Shown in pieces: positions 1-9,489 of a stretch of 64,000 bases of DNA. Position numbers and translations under genes: made by a program. Origin of the DNA: Alphaproteobacteria bacterium (lineage in GTDB: Bacteria > Pseudomonadota > Alphaproteobacteria > Rickettsiales > SXRF01); contig JBKDKX010000016.1 of NCBI GenBank assembly GCA_046344715.1, positions 74,202-138,201 on the forward strand. The letters run 5' to 3'. Below the pieces are notes generated by a model that had not been told where the DNA came from, made no database searches, and saw nothing but the letters and a program-made list of their open reading frames with translations. Position 1 is the first letter of the stretch. The number at the start of each line of letters is the position of its first letter.

Positions 1-937
1 TAATGCAACCTGTCAGGTTTCTTTTCCTGAAATCCTGCTCATGCTGCAAGTGTTTGTGTAATGTCTGTAATTGCTCTGTGCGTATATGGGTATCCGTACC
101 AGATACAGATTTAAGCGCAAAAGACAGCGCTTCAATCGCCATAATTTCCGGCAGTGCTAGAAACGCTGTTTTGTCTAAACGAATAAAACCTGCATCATCA
201 ATGAGAACGACATTAGTTAACTGGCTGACTATTTTATTTTCCAATATGTTGCGAATAGTTCCAAAGCAATTGGCGATGACTCCAGCGCGGATGGATATAT
301 CCGTTCCAGCAAGATTATTGCGAATAATATTGCGTGTATAGGCCATGCTCTGGTTGCTTGGATCTTCCAGCCATGGCTGTTTTCTTTCTTTCAGATAGTC
401 CTGTAATTCCTGTTTGGTATTTCCAAGTAAGGGGCGGATAAGGCGGATGCCATCAAGCATTGACACCATAGGAATACCAGCAAGGCCTTTGATGAAGCTG
501 CCACGTGCCAGCCGGAAAAACAGGGTCTCTCCCTGATCCTCCAGATGATGAGCGGTAAAAAGGTGCTGTATATCATTATTCCTGCACCATGCGGTAAGCA
601 GACTGTAACGGGCGTTTCGTGCCGCTTCCTGTTTGCCCGCAGATGGTTTTGGGCCTTTCCATACCAGCGTATGATGTTCGATATCTAGAGATTGGCACCA
701 TGCGGCAACTTGGGTGGCTTCTCTGGCAGATTCTTGCCGTAGCCCATGATCGACCGTCAATGCGATGGCTTTGCCGCCATGCTGCTTTGCCCAGTCATGT
801 ACCAGTAGCAGCATAGCCATGCTGTCTGAACCGCCTGATACGGCAACGGCCAGTGCAGGACTTTGCTCAAACAAGCCAATGGCAGAAAGAATATCATTAA
901 AATGATTCTGCAAATTAGCTATGCCTAAAGTTTGCAC
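1..937 (-). CDS. tilS: tRNA(Ile)-lysidine synthase; C-terminus lies beyond the window edge
   Basis: Own minus-strand translation; the ORF is absent from the track because it runs off the edge. GTG at 937 is followed by ...SPALAVAVSGGSDSMAMLLLVHDW..., the PP-loop SGGxDS motif, then ...ARYSLLTAWC...HLFTAHHLEDQGETLFFRLARGS... Starts 2 nt after the cpoB stop. Confidence 0.8.
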   Translation of the reverse strand, partial: MQTLGIANLQNHFNDILSAIGLFEQSPALAVAVSGGSDSMAMLLLVHDWAKQHGGKAIALTVDHGLRQESAREATQVAAWCQSLDIEHHTLVWKGPKPSAGKQEAARNARYSLLTAWCRNNDIQHLFTAHHLEDQGETLFFRLARGSFIKGLAGIPMVSMLDGIRLIRPLLGNTKQELQDYLKERKQPWLEDPSNQSMAYTRNIIRNNLAGTDISIRAGVIANCFGTIRNILENKIVSQLTNVVLIDDAGFIRLDKTAFLALPEIMAIEALSFALKSVSGTDTHIRTEQLQTLHKHLQHEQDFRKRNLTGCI

Positions 938-939
938 GG

Positions 940-1893
940 CTAGTTATTGCACCCCATGCGCTTTTGCTCTTTGGCAGCTTTATCCACGATGTTAACCGAG
1001 GTCTTTTTGAATTTTGTAGTAATCTGGCCAAGCACAATACAGGCCTCTTTACCGCGATCCAGCGCATCGAGCGACATGGCAAGTTTCAGTAGATTATCCG
1101 GAGCTTTAGGGCCGTTTGGAAGAGATTCAAAGCCTTGACGGAATGCATCAGCAGCATTTACATAATCACGGCGGATATAGAAGGTTTCACCCTGCCAGTA
1201 ATACGCATTGCCCACGAGCGGGTCTTTCGGATATTTCTTTGTGAAAGTGCCAAAACTCTGTGCGGCTTCTTCATAACGTGTCTGGTTTAAGAGGCGGAAG
1301 GCGTAATTATATAAATCACGCGGGGTATCGAAGGTTTCCGCGTCACCTGGTTCAGGTACGCGCAGCACACCATCACCAGCGGTAGTCTGGCCATCGTTGG
1401 TAGGTTGAGTGTCTGCATCATCCGTTTCAGCGGCTTCATTTCCCACTGCTTTGACAGCACGAGGTTTGAGTGTTGTCTCAACGGGTTTTTCAGGTGACGT
1501 GAGAGTGTCTGTTGCCGTATTTCCGGCAGGTGCTGTATTCTGGCTTAGTTCATTGAAACGGAATTCTGTATCTTTCTGGAATTTTTCCAGCATTTCTTTC
1601 ATCTGGCGCACCTGAAAATCATTCTCTTCCACTTTGCCCTGCAAATCACGCATGGACTCTTCCATGCTGGTAAGGCGGACTTCGGTATCTGCGCTGGGGG
1701 CAAGTTCACCCTGATTGGCTGAAGATGAGGTTGCCACGTTTACACCACTGCGCGCCAGCTGTTTTTGCATCAGCATAATGTCGCGCTCTAAGCGATCAAC
1801 GCGGTCAGACGTGGGGTCGGTTACCTGTGCGGCAAGCGGTAATGCCAGCATGGTAGTTGCAAGCAATGTGGCAAAAATAAATCTTATATGCAT
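940..1893 (-). CDS. cpoB: Tol-Pal system protein CpoB/YbgF (signal peptide, coiled coil, C-terminal TPR)
   Basis: ORF 940..1953. Start trimmed to the ATG at 1893 (MHIRFIFATLLATTMLALPLAAQ signal peptide). Has a coiled-coil segment and a C-terminal TPR-like YYWQGETFY motif. Lies downstream of pal. Confidence 0.8.
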   Translation of the reverse strand: MHIRFIFATLLATTMLALPLAAQVTDPTSDRVDRLERDIMLMQKQLARSGVNVATSSSANQGELAPSADTEVRLTSMEESMRDLQGKVEENDFQVRQMKEMLEKFQKDTEFRFNELSQNTAPAGNTATDTLTSPEKPVETTLKPRAVKAVGNEAAETDDADTQPTNDGQTTAGDGVLRVPEPGDAETFDTPRDLYNYAFRLLNQTRYEEAAQSFGTFTKKYPKDPLVGNAYYWQGETFYIRRDYVNAADAFRQGFESLPNGPKAPDNLLKLAMSLDALDRGKEACIVLGQITTKFKKTSVNIVDKAAKEQKRMGCNN

Positions 1894-1933
1894 ATGATAC
1901 CGAACAATAATTAAAAGCCTGAGGAGGATACCT

Positions 1934-1977
1934 AAAAACACTTCGCCCCACAACAGGTTTCCCTGCGTGGGGCGAAG
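1934..1977 (-). terminator. Rho-independent terminator-like hairpin after pal
   Basis: An 11-bp stem, cttcgccccac (1941-1951) with gtggggcgaag (1967-1977). On the minus strand it is followed by TGTTTTT (1934-1940). Confidence 0.55.
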
Positions 1978-2006
1978 AAATTACTGACTAAAACCAGCGA
2001 TGGTTA

Positions 2007-2492
2007 TTAGTTGCCAATCACCGTCACAGCGCGGCGGTTCTGGCTCCATGCGGATTCATCGGAACCGATGATAGCCGGACGTTCTTTACCGTAGCTGATG
2101 GTGTTGATGCGGCTTGATGCAACGCCAAGGCCAACGAGGTATTTTTTCGCGGCGGCAGCGCGGCGTTCGCCGAGTGCAAGGTTGTATTCACGGGTGCCGC
2201 GCTCATCGCAATGGCCTTCCATGGTTACGCTAACATTTGGATTTTGTTTCATCCATGCAGCTTGACGCTCAAGCGTGCCTTGGCCTTCACCAGTGATTAC
2301 AGCACTGTCATAGTCAAAGAACACGCGGTCAATAACCCCTGGGGCGATTTCTTTTGCGTTTGCATACAGACCAGAACCACCAGCAACGTTACCGCTGCCA
2401 TCAGCACTTGAAGAAGAGCCGGATGGGGTTTCGCAAGCTGCAAGCAGGAAGAGGGCAGAAACAACTGCCATAGATTTTTTAATAATATTCAT
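2007..2492 (-). CDS. pal: peptidoglycan-associated lipoprotein Pal
   Basis: Lipobox LLAAC after the signal peptide (start at MNIIKK). C-terminal OmpA-like domain (EGHCDERGTREYNLALGERRA...NRRAV). Confidence 0.9.
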   Translation of the reverse strand: MNIIKKSMAVVSALFLLAACETPSGSSSSADGSGNVAGGSGLYANAKEIAPGVIDRVFFDYDSAVITGEGQGTLERQAAWMKQNPNVSVTMEGHCDERGTREYNLALGERRAAAAKKYLVGLGVASSRINTISYGKERPAIIGSDESAWSQNRRAVTVIGN

Positions 2493-2628
2493 AATAAACT
2501 CCAATGCGTTAAATCAAACGTTACTAATACGAAGGCGTGGGATGCCATTGAGACCATAACCAGTTAGCGTAAACCAGCGATAAATCAACAGCACTTTCGC
2601 ACTCATTCTGCAAAACAAAGCTATTGTG

Positions 2629-3930
2629 TTATAACGGCAACAGTGGCGACCATGCAGGATCAGACCCATCCATTGGCGTTAATACTTCCCGCAGATTATG
2701 TCCTGTTAAATCAACAGAATACAGGCGGGTATTGCCCATGCGCCCACGTGAGTTGGGGAACTGGCGGTGGAATACCAATACGCGCCCATTCGGGGCCCAG
2801 CTTGGACCCTCATCCAGATAGCTTTCGGTAAGCAGGCGCTCTCCTGAACCATCCGGCCGCATGACGCCAATATAAAAACGTCCCTGATGCATTTTGGTGA
2901 AGGCAATCAGGTCGCCACGCGGTGACCATACTGGTGTGCCATACCGGCCATTGCCAAAGCTGATGCGTTGTATGTCGCCGCCACTTGCATTCATAACGTA
3001 TAATTGCTGTGAACCACCACGATCGGAGTTAAATACGATACGGTTGCCGTCTGGTGAATAGCTGGGTGAGGTATCGATACTATTACCAGAGGTCAGCTTG
3101 TTGAGTTGGCGGTTACGCAAATCCATCTTGAAAATTTGAGTGCTACCACCGGAAGCAATCGACATTACAATCGAATTGCCATCGTTAGAAAAGCGTGGTG
3201 CGAACGACATGCCTTCGAATGTACCCAGTGATTCCTCGCGGCCAGTCTGCAAATCGCGTAGGTAGACGCGTGGTTGCTTGCCAGCATAGGAAAGATACAG
3301 GATTTCCTGTGAGCTCGGTGAGAAGCGCGGAGTAAGCACAAGACTTCTGCCATCGGTTAAGTATTTATGGTTCTCGCCGTCCTGATCCATGATGGCAAGG
3401 CGCTTGACACGCTTCAGGTCAGGTCCGCTTTCGGACACATAGACGATACGGGAATCAAAATACCCATCTTCACCGGTCAGGCGTTTGTAAATTTCATCAG
3501 CGATGATATGAGCAATACGACGCCAGTTGCTTTTGAAGGTGTTGTATTCTTTGCCTGCAACCTGCTGTTCGGCATAGACATCCCACAGGCGGAAAGAGAC
3601 TTTCAGCTTATCGCCGCTTTCGGAGATGACCATGCCTGTGACAAGGGCGGCGGCATTGATTTTGCGCCAGTCACCAAAGCGCGGATTAGCTGTTTGTGTG
3701 GTAATCTGCTCAATAAACGCTTGCTTCTCAATAGGGCGGAACAGGCCGCTGCGCTCAAGGTCTGCCGATACCACACGCATGATCTCAGCACCCATACCAT
3801 GCCCAGGAAGGTCGGGAAGTGCAATCGGCATCGGGTCAACATTGCCGCGTGTAATATCAATTTTCAGCACAGCATGTGCTGGGGTAGATAAGAGAAAGAA
3901 GGCTGCAAGAATATAAAAAAAGCGCGTCAT
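2629..3930 (-). CDS. tolB: Tol-Pal system beta-propeller protein TolB
   Basis: Signal peptide and repeated propeller motifs ([37 protein letters not shown]). Lies between tolA and pal. Confidence 0.92.
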   Translation of the reverse strand: MTRFFYILAAFFLLSTPAHAVLKIDITRGNVDPMPIALPDLPGHGMGAEIMRVVSADLERSGLFRPIEKQAFIEQITTQTANPRFGDWRKINAAALVTGMVISESGDKLKVSFRLWDVYAEQQVAGKEYNTFKSNWRRIAHIIADEIYKRLTGEDGYFDSRIVYVSESGPDLKRVKRLAIMDQDGENHKYLTDGRSLVLTPRFSPSSQEILYLSYAGKQPRVYLRDLQTGREESLGTFEGMSFAPRFSNDGNSIVMSIASGGSTQIFKMDLRNRQLNKLTSGNSIDTSPSYSPDGNRIVFNSDRGGSQQLYVMNASGGDIQRISFGNGRYGTPVWSPRGDLIAFTKMHQGRFYIGVMRPDGSGERLLTESYLDEGPSWAPNGRVLVFHRQFPNSRGRMGNTRLYSVDLTGHNLREVLTPMDGSDPAWSPLLPL

Positions 3931-4028
3931 GATGTGGGTGTTTCCCTAGTTGAGCAAATAAATAGGCAATCATACTTATATGAAATGCACGCTTTGCTCA
4001 AGGGTGAGAATAATTAAATTCGTGTAAG

Positions 4029-4835
4029 TTAAAACAACATTTCCTTCGGATCAAAGGTCAGTTCCATGTCGCGCCATGTGCTGTATTTATCGGCTGGCAG
4101 GTTTTGCAGCGGGCTGCACTGTTTTACTGCGCGTATGGCAGAGTCTGCCGCCGCACGGAAGAACGTGTCGCTAGCGTAGCGAGATTTACTCTCTTTTGCC
4201 AGTTCAACTTTAATAACACTGCCATCCTGTGCCAATTCCAGGCGTAGTATTACAATCAGCTCATGCGCATCACGCGCACCGGCTGGCACGCTCCAGCATT
4301 TTGCAATCTGGCTGCGGATAGCATCTTTCTCACTGATAGAAAGGGGCAGAGTGGGGTCGTACTGGTCAGACTTGCTTTTGCCGCCGCCGTCTTCCTTCTC
4401 TTTTTCCTTTTTATCTTTATCTTTCTGCGCGGTATCACGTACAGCTTTTAATACTGCGGTTAAATCTTCTTCTTTTGATTTTTTCTTATCGTCTTTTTTG
4501 TCTTTAGGTTTTTCTTCTGCTTTTTTATCCGGCTCTTTCGGTTTTTTTACCTCGGCTGGTTTTTCTGCCGGAGGAGGGGAATCTTCCGCTGCTTTCACGG
4601 GTGGCGAAGGTTTTTCCTGCGCTTTGGCTTCTTCCGGTTTTTCTTTTTCAGCCAGTTTCTCTGAAGGCTTTACGTTGCTGATGGCACTGATAGGCAGCAG
4701 TTCTACCGTAATGGCTTGCGGTTCTATCTCGCGTTTATTGTCTAGTAGGGAAGGCAGGCCAAAAATAACCAAAATCACCACGAACGCGTGAAGCGCAGCA
4801 GAATAGGTCAGTCCTTTCTGGCGTTCCTGATACAC
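4029..4835 (-). CDS. tolA: cell envelope integrity protein TolA
   Basis: N-terminal TM helix, a long K/E/P/A-rich linker and a conserved C-terminal globular domain. Lies between tolR and tolB. Confidence 0.8.
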   Translation of the reverse strand: MYQERQKGLTYSAALHAFVVILVIFGLPSLLDNKREIEPQAITVELLPISAISNVKPSEKLAEKEKPEEAKAQEKPSPPVKAAEDSPPPAEKPAEVKKPKEPDKKAEEKPKDKKDDKKKSKEEDLTAVLKAVRDTAQKDKDKKEKEKEDGGGKSKSDQYDPTLPLSISEKDAIRSQIAKCWSVPAGARDAHELIVILRLELAQDGSVIKVELAKESKSRYASDTFFRAAADSAIRAVKQCSPLQNLPADKYSTWRDMELTFDPKEMLF

Positions 4836-4838
4836 CGT

Positions 4839-5297
4839 TTACTTGCCTTTGCCTGCTACAGTGCCAACTTCGGTGAGTAGGGCAACCTTGTTGAATCCGG
4901 CTGCATTGACTTCACCTACTACCTGCATGATTTTGCCATAATCTACGCTCTTGTCGCCGCGCACGAAAATACGCGTATCTTTCTTTTCTTTGGTGATGGC
5001 ACCGAGTTTATTCTTAAAATCTTTGAGCGAAACCGCCGTTTTCTGGATATAAATTTTTCCATCAGAGGTGATTGAAACGGTAAGTGGTTCATCCTGCCCT
5101 GGAACTGGATTGGCAGAGGATTCTGGTAAATCAACGGTGACACCAGTGGTCATCATCGGGGCGGCCACCATGAAGATGATGAGCAGCACCAACATGACAT
5201 CTACCATCGGGGTTATGTTTATTTCGGCAAAACTTCCTTGCCTTCCATTACGTCTGCGGCTTCCGCCGCCGTTTCCACCGCCCAGACTCGCGCCCAT
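4839..5297 (-). CDS. tolR: ExbD/TolR family protein TolR
   Basis: Single TM with INITPMVDVMLVLLIIFMV. Immediately follows tolQ. Confidence 0.88.
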   Translation of the reverse strand: MGASLGGGNGGGSRRRNGRQGSFAEINITPMVDVMLVLLIIFMVAAPMMTTGVTVDLPESSANPVPGQDEPLTVSITSDGKIYIQKTAVSLKDFKNKLGAITKEKKDTRIFVRGDKSVDYGKIMQVVGEVNAAGFNKVALLTEVGTVAGKGK

Positions 5298-6044
5298 TTA
5301 TGCCTCCAGCTGACGTGAGAGGATAGTATCGAATTCGGTGGAGAAATCTTCCAGCTTGTTGGAAAAACGCACCAGTTCGATATTAAATTTATTGTATGCA
5401 ATAACGGCGGGTATGGCGGCGAACAACCCAATGGCTGTGGCAAACAAGGCTTCTGCAATACCTGGAGCAACGGCTACCAGCGACGTATTTTTGGATATCG
5501 CAATAGCGTGAAAGCTGTGCATGATACCCCATACTGTACCAAACAGACCAATAAAAGGTGCTGCTGATCCTGTAGTAGCAAGAAAGCCAAGGCCATTTTC
5601 CAGAAGCTCTACCTCACGATTACGTGCAACCAGCATCACCTGAACAATCCGATCACGTAGGCCTATTTTGATACCTTGCTGTGGAGATGTGCCTTTATTT
5701 TTGGAGCGAAACCATTCTTCCATCGCGGCGATAAAAATATTTGCCATCGGATGGCCACCGCGCTTTTTGGTTTTTTCATGGAATTGGTCGAGTGCTTCCG
5801 ATGACCAGAAATCATTTTCAAATTTGATCGCCTTGGCTTTCACGCGGCGAAACAGGAATGTTTTTTCAAAAATAATGGCCCAGCTCCAGAAAGATGCAAA
5901 GAGTAACGACAAAATCACCAGCTGTACCACAATATCGGCCTGTGAAAACATGCCCCAGATGGAAAAATCGAACGCAGGTGTAGTGCCTGCCAGATCGGTG
6001 GATGCAACGCCCTCTACTGCGGTGGATACTGCTGGATTTGCCAT
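5298..6044 (-). CDS. tolQ: MotA/TolQ/ExbB proton channel protein TolQ
   Basis: Three TM helices and the conserved GLFGTVWGIM segment. Lies in the tol operon. Confidence 0.9.
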   Translation of the reverse strand: MANPAVSTAVEGVASTDLAGTTPAFDFSIWGMFSQADIVVQLVILSLLFASFWSWAIIFEKTFLFRRVKAKAIKFENDFWSSEALDQFHEKTKKRGGHPMANIFIAAMEEWFRSKNKGTSPQQGIKIGLRDRIVQVMLVARNREVELLENGLGFLATTGSAAPFIGLFGTVWGIMHSFHAIAISKNTSLVAVAPGIAEALFATAIGLFAAIPAVIAYNKFNIELVRFSNKLEDFSTEFDTILSRQLEA

Positions 6045-6062
6045 AGTCTCAAATGTCTTTCG

Positions 6063-6467
6063 TTAGTTGTTATTAAAAATTCTGTATATTGCATCTTTTA
6101 TCTCTGCCGGCATGCGTGCTGGTTTCATGCCATCACCTACCACTGCCAGTCGGATTGATAAAGTTACAAGTATGTCATTATCTCTTTTTATTGTATGGCT
6201 TATATCAAGGCTCGCCGTGCCTATATCGTCGAGGTGGGATTCAATTGTCAAGAGGTCATCCAACCGTGCAGGCTTAAAAAATTCCACGTGGCAGGTGCGC
6301 ACGGCAAATGCGATTTTTTGTGTGGAAAGTAACTCCTGCTGGCTGATGCCTGCGGTGCGAAGCGCCTCAGTACGGGCGCGCTCAGCGAATTTCAGGTAAT
6401 TCGCGTGATACACTACACCGCCAGCATCGGTATCGTCATAATAAACGCGTGTAGAGAATTGGTGCAT
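6063..6467 (-). CDS. ybgC: tol-pal associated acyl-CoA thioesterase (4HBT hot-dog fold)
   Basis: RVYYDDTDAGGVVYHANYLKF motif. Start trimmed to the ATG at 6467, just after the ruvB stop; the ORF track extends to 6512. Confidence 0.85.
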   Translation of the reverse strand: MHQFSTRVYYDDTDAGGVVYHANYLKFAERARTEALRTAGISQQELLSTQKIAFAVRTCHVEFFKPARLDDLLTIESHLDDIGTASLDISHTIKRDNDILVTLSIRLAVVGDGMKPARMPAEIKDAIYRIFNNN

Positions 6468-6471
6468 GGGT

Positions 6472-7521
6472 TTACGCGTCTTCGTTCGTTTCATCAAGCG
6501 GCATTGTTGCAATCTGCGCCGGCGGTTTTAGTCCCAGATGGTTGAAACAGGTTTGTGTCAACATGCGGCCACGCGGCGTGCGCTGCAGGAATCCTACCTG
6601 TAATAAATAAGGCTCGATGGTTTCTTCAATCGCATCACGCTGTTCTGAAAGGGCGGCGGCAATGGTTTCCACACCTACTGGCCCGCCCTGATAATGTTCA
6701 GCAATGTAATGCAAATAACGCCTGTCAGCAGAATCAAGGCCAAGTCCATCTACTTCAAGCCTGAGCAACGCTTTATCAGCAAGTTTTTTATCAATGGCCT
6801 TACTATTTTCTGCATGAGCAAAATCACGCACGCGCCGCAACAATCGGAGTGCAATGCGCGGCGTGCCACGCGCGCGGCAGGCGATTTCATGTGAGCCATC
6901 TTGCGTAATGGCAATGGAAAGTTTTTCTGAGGCACGTTCGATAACATGCTGCAATGCCTTGGTGTCATAAAACCGTAAACGCAGCGGAATGCCGAAGCGG
7001 TCACGTAGTGGATTGGCGAGTAGGCCAAGGCGTGTGGTGGCACCCACTAGCGTGAATTTTGGAAGGTCAATGCGTACGGTACGGGCGGCTGGTCCTTCGC
7101 CAATCATCAAGTCGAGTTTGAAATCTTCCATGGCGGGGTAAAGAATTTCTTCCACAGCTGGATTCAGGCGATGAATTTCATCGACAAACAATACATCGTT
7201 GGGTTGCAAGTTCGTGAGCACAGCGGCGAGGTCTCCGGCTTTGGTAAGTATTGGTCCGGAGGTAGGACGAAAGCCAACCCCCATTTCCTTTGCAACAATC
7301 TGGGCGAGGGTAGTTTTACCCAGTCCGGGTGGGCCATAAAGCAACACATGGTCGAGCGCATCTTTACGAGAACGTGCCGCATTTACGAATATTTTCAGGT
7401 TCTCGCAGGCTTCTGGCTGACCGACGAATTCACCAAATGACATTGGGCGAAGCGCGTGTTGGCCAGCATCGTCTTCTTTTTCAGTTGCGGTTATAAGGCG
7501 ATTTACTGCGTCTTGTGTCAT
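6472..7521 (-). CDS. ruvB: Holliday junction branch migration helicase RuvB
   Basis: AAA+ Walker [10 protein letters not shown], Walker [10 protein letters not shown], RuvB C-terminal winged helix. Confidence 0.95.
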   Translation of the reverse strand: MTQDAVNRLITATEKEDDAGQHALRPMSFGEFVGQPEACENLKIFVNAARSRKDALDHVLLYGPPGLGKTTLAQIVAKEMGVGFRPTSGPILTKAGDLAAVLTNLQPNDVLFVDEIHRLNPAVEEILYPAMEDFKLDLMIGEGPAARTVRIDLPKFTLVGATTRLGLLANPLRDRFGIPLRLRFYDTKALQHVIERASEKLSIAITQDGSHEIACRARGTPRIALRLLRRVRDFAHAENSKAIDKKLADKALLRLEVDGLGLDSADRRYLHYIAEHYQGGPVGVETIAAALSEQRDAIEETIEPYLLQVGFLQRTPRGRMLTQTCFNHLGLKPPAQIATMPLDETNEDA

Positions 7522-8159
7522 CCGCGCATCAGCTCCTTCAAGCTTAATTTGATGAGCTGATCAAGCTCTTGCACATCTGATTGGCTGGCTTTGAGTGCAG
7601 CGGCATAAGCCTCTGACCGCGAATAACCGAGGTTGACAAGGGCGGAGATGGTATCTTCGTGATGTGTGGCGGTTGGTGTGTGGCGGGTGCCAGATGTTTT
7701 TTTTGTGTCTTTATTTTCTTCACGCTTCACGCTCCACGCGCCATTCTCCACTGGCAACTTCATCGCCTTATCTTTCAACTCCGTCACAATGCGTTCGGCG
7801 AGTCCGGCGCCTATGCCTTTAATACGTGAAAACGCGGTAGTATCCTTGGCGAGTATAGCGTTGGCAAGTTGGGAAGGTGAGTAAGCAGACATCATCACAA
7901 GTGCCACTTTATTGCCCACACGTTGTACGGTGGTAAGCAGGCGGAACCATTCGCGTTCCACCGCGTCACTGAATCCATACAAGTGTATATGTTCTTCGCG
8001 AACATGGGTTTCTATGACGAGTGTCGCGGCCTGACCAACGGCGGGCAGGGCAGCCAGCGTGCGGCCTGAGCAGAATATGTGGTATCCCACGCCTCCGACA
8101 TCAAGGATCACATAATCATCACCGGTTTCATCCACACGTCCACGCAGTTTACCAATCAT
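7518..8159 (-). CDS. ruvA: Holliday junction DNA-binding protein RuvA
   Basis: MIGKLRG... N-terminal OB domain and HhH region ([11 protein letters not shown]). 4-nt overlaps with both ruvB and ruvC. Confidence 0.92.
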   Translation of the reverse strand: MIGKLRGRVDETGDDYVILDVGGVGYHIFCSGRTLAALPAVGQAATLVIETHVREEHIHLYGFSDAVEREWFRLLTTVQRVGNKVALVMMSAYSPSQLANAILAKDTTAFSRIKGIGAGLAERIVTELKDKAMKLPVENGAWSVKREENKDTKKTSGTRHTPTATHHEDTISALVNLGYSRSEAYAAALKASQSDVQELDQLIKLSLKELMRG

Positions 8160-8656
8160 GCCTGTGCTCCTGCGGTGATGCGGTTTAGTGTGCGGTGATG
8201 TGCATGGCAGATGGCAACCGCCAGCGCATCCGACGCATCGGCTTTCACTGCATTGCTTCCCGGCAATAATGTTTTTACCATCATAGCAACCTGCTGTTTA
8301 TCGGCGTGGCCTTTGCCGACCACGCTTTTTTTTACCATGGTGGCACTATACTCATTTACTTGAAGTCCTGCCAGCGAAAGCGCAAGCAAAATTGCCCCGC
8401 GCGCCTGCCCAAGTTTTAGGGCGGAGGCTGCGTTGTTATTCATGAAGGTTTCTTCAACCGCGGATTCATCAACCCCATATACTCTGGCGACTTCAATCAG
8501 CCCGTCGTGCAGCTGTTTCAGGCGCTCAGACATTGGCATGTTGTTGGTGCTGGTAATGACGCCGCAATTAACAAAAGAAAGCTGATTTTGTTTAGAGATA
8601 AGTACGCCCCAGCCTGTGCGCTGCAAACCCGGATCAACACCTAGGATAATGGTCAT
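8156..8656 (-). CDS. ruvC: crossover junction endodeoxyribonuclease RuvC
   Basis: IILGVDPGLQRTGWGV N-terminus and conserved acidic residues; 166 aa. Confidence 0.92.
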   Translation of the reverse strand: MTIILGVDPGLQRTGWGVLISKQNQLSFVNCGVITSTNNMPMSERLKQLHDGLIEVARVYGVDESAVEETFMNNNAASALKLGQARGAILLALSLAGLQVNEYSATMVKKSVVGKGHADKQQVAMMVKTLLPGSNAVKADASDALAVAICHAHHRTLNRITAGAQA

Positions 8657-8671
8657 TGCCTTCTCCTGATA

Positions 8672-8730
8672 TTGTCATCCTGAACGAAGTGAAGGATCTT
8701 CAAGATTCTTCGCTGCGCTCAGAATGACAA
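8672..8730. repeat. 59-nt imperfect palindrome (REP/MITE-like hairpin element) between ruvC and the yebC-family gene
   Basis: ttgtcatcctgaacgaagtgaaggatc / gattcttcgctgcgctcagaatgacaa. About 27-nt arms with 5 non-Watson-Crick positions, 2 of them G-U. Confidence 0.7.
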
Positions 8731-8737
8731 ATTTTAA

Positions 8738-9487
8738 TCACGCGCTCAGTGACGTCACCATGGATTCAGGAATTTCCACGTTGGTGAACACTTCCTGAAC
8801 ATCATCATTATCCTCAAGTGCTTCCACCATTTTTATCAGCTGCTTTGCCTGTTCTTCATTTACGGGTGCGGTGGTTTTGGGAAGCCATGTGATCTTGGCG
8901 GAGGCTGCTGCACCGAAGGATTTCTCCAGCACATCGCGCACTGCACCAAAACTGTCCTGCGAGCAGCTGACGGAATAATTCTCTGCATCGCTGTCGCAAT
9001 TATCGGCACCCGCTTCGAGGGCTGCCTCAAACATTGCCTCTTCGCTCGCGACAGATACCGGGTAGGTGATTAGGCCAACACGGTCAAACATGAAGCTGAC
9101 ACTGCCGGTTTCGCCCATGTTGCCACTGTATTTGGTGAAGATAGAGCGTATGTCGGAGGCGCTGCGGTTGCGGTTATCGGTGAGGGCCTGGACGATGACG
9201 GCAACGCCGCCCGCGCCATAGCCTTCATAGCGCACTTCCTCGAAATTGTCGGTATCAACATTGCCGCTGCCGCGTTTGATGGCCGCTTCAATTTTATCAC
9301 GCGGCATGTTTTCTTCGCGTGCCCATAGCATGGCGGCGCGCAGGCGCGGATTCACCGCAGGGTCTGGCATGCCGAGTTTGGCTGCAGAGATAATCTCACG
9401 TGTAACCTTGGTGAATATCTTCGCCTTTTTTGCATCTTTCGCACCTTTACGGTGCATAATGTTTTTAAATTGCGAATGACCCGCCAT
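8738..9487 (-). CDS. YebC/PmpR family DNA-binding transcriptional regulator
   Basis: Diagnostic N-terminus MAGHSQFKNIMHRKGAKDAKKAKIFTK; 249 aa; classic position next to ruvC. Confidence 0.92.
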   Translation of the reverse strand: MAGHSQFKNIMHRKGAKDAKKAKIFTKVTREIISAAKLGMPDPAVNPRLRAAMLWAREENMPRDKIEAAIKRGSGNVDTDNFEEVRYEGYGAGGVAVIVQALTDNRNRSASDIRSIFTKYSGNMGETGSVSFMFDRVGLITYPVSVASEEAMFEAALEAGADNCDSDAENYSVSCSQDSFGAVRDVLEKSFGAAASAKITWLPKTTAPVNEEQAKQLIKMVEALEDNDDVQEVFTNVEIPESMVTSLSA

Positions 9488-9489
9488 AG

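Noticed and set aside
3-816. Track ORFs 3..341(+), 391..576(-) and 619..816(+)
   Set aside because: All lie within, antisense to, or off-frame from the tilS reading frame, which I translated manually (PP-loop SGGSDS motif).
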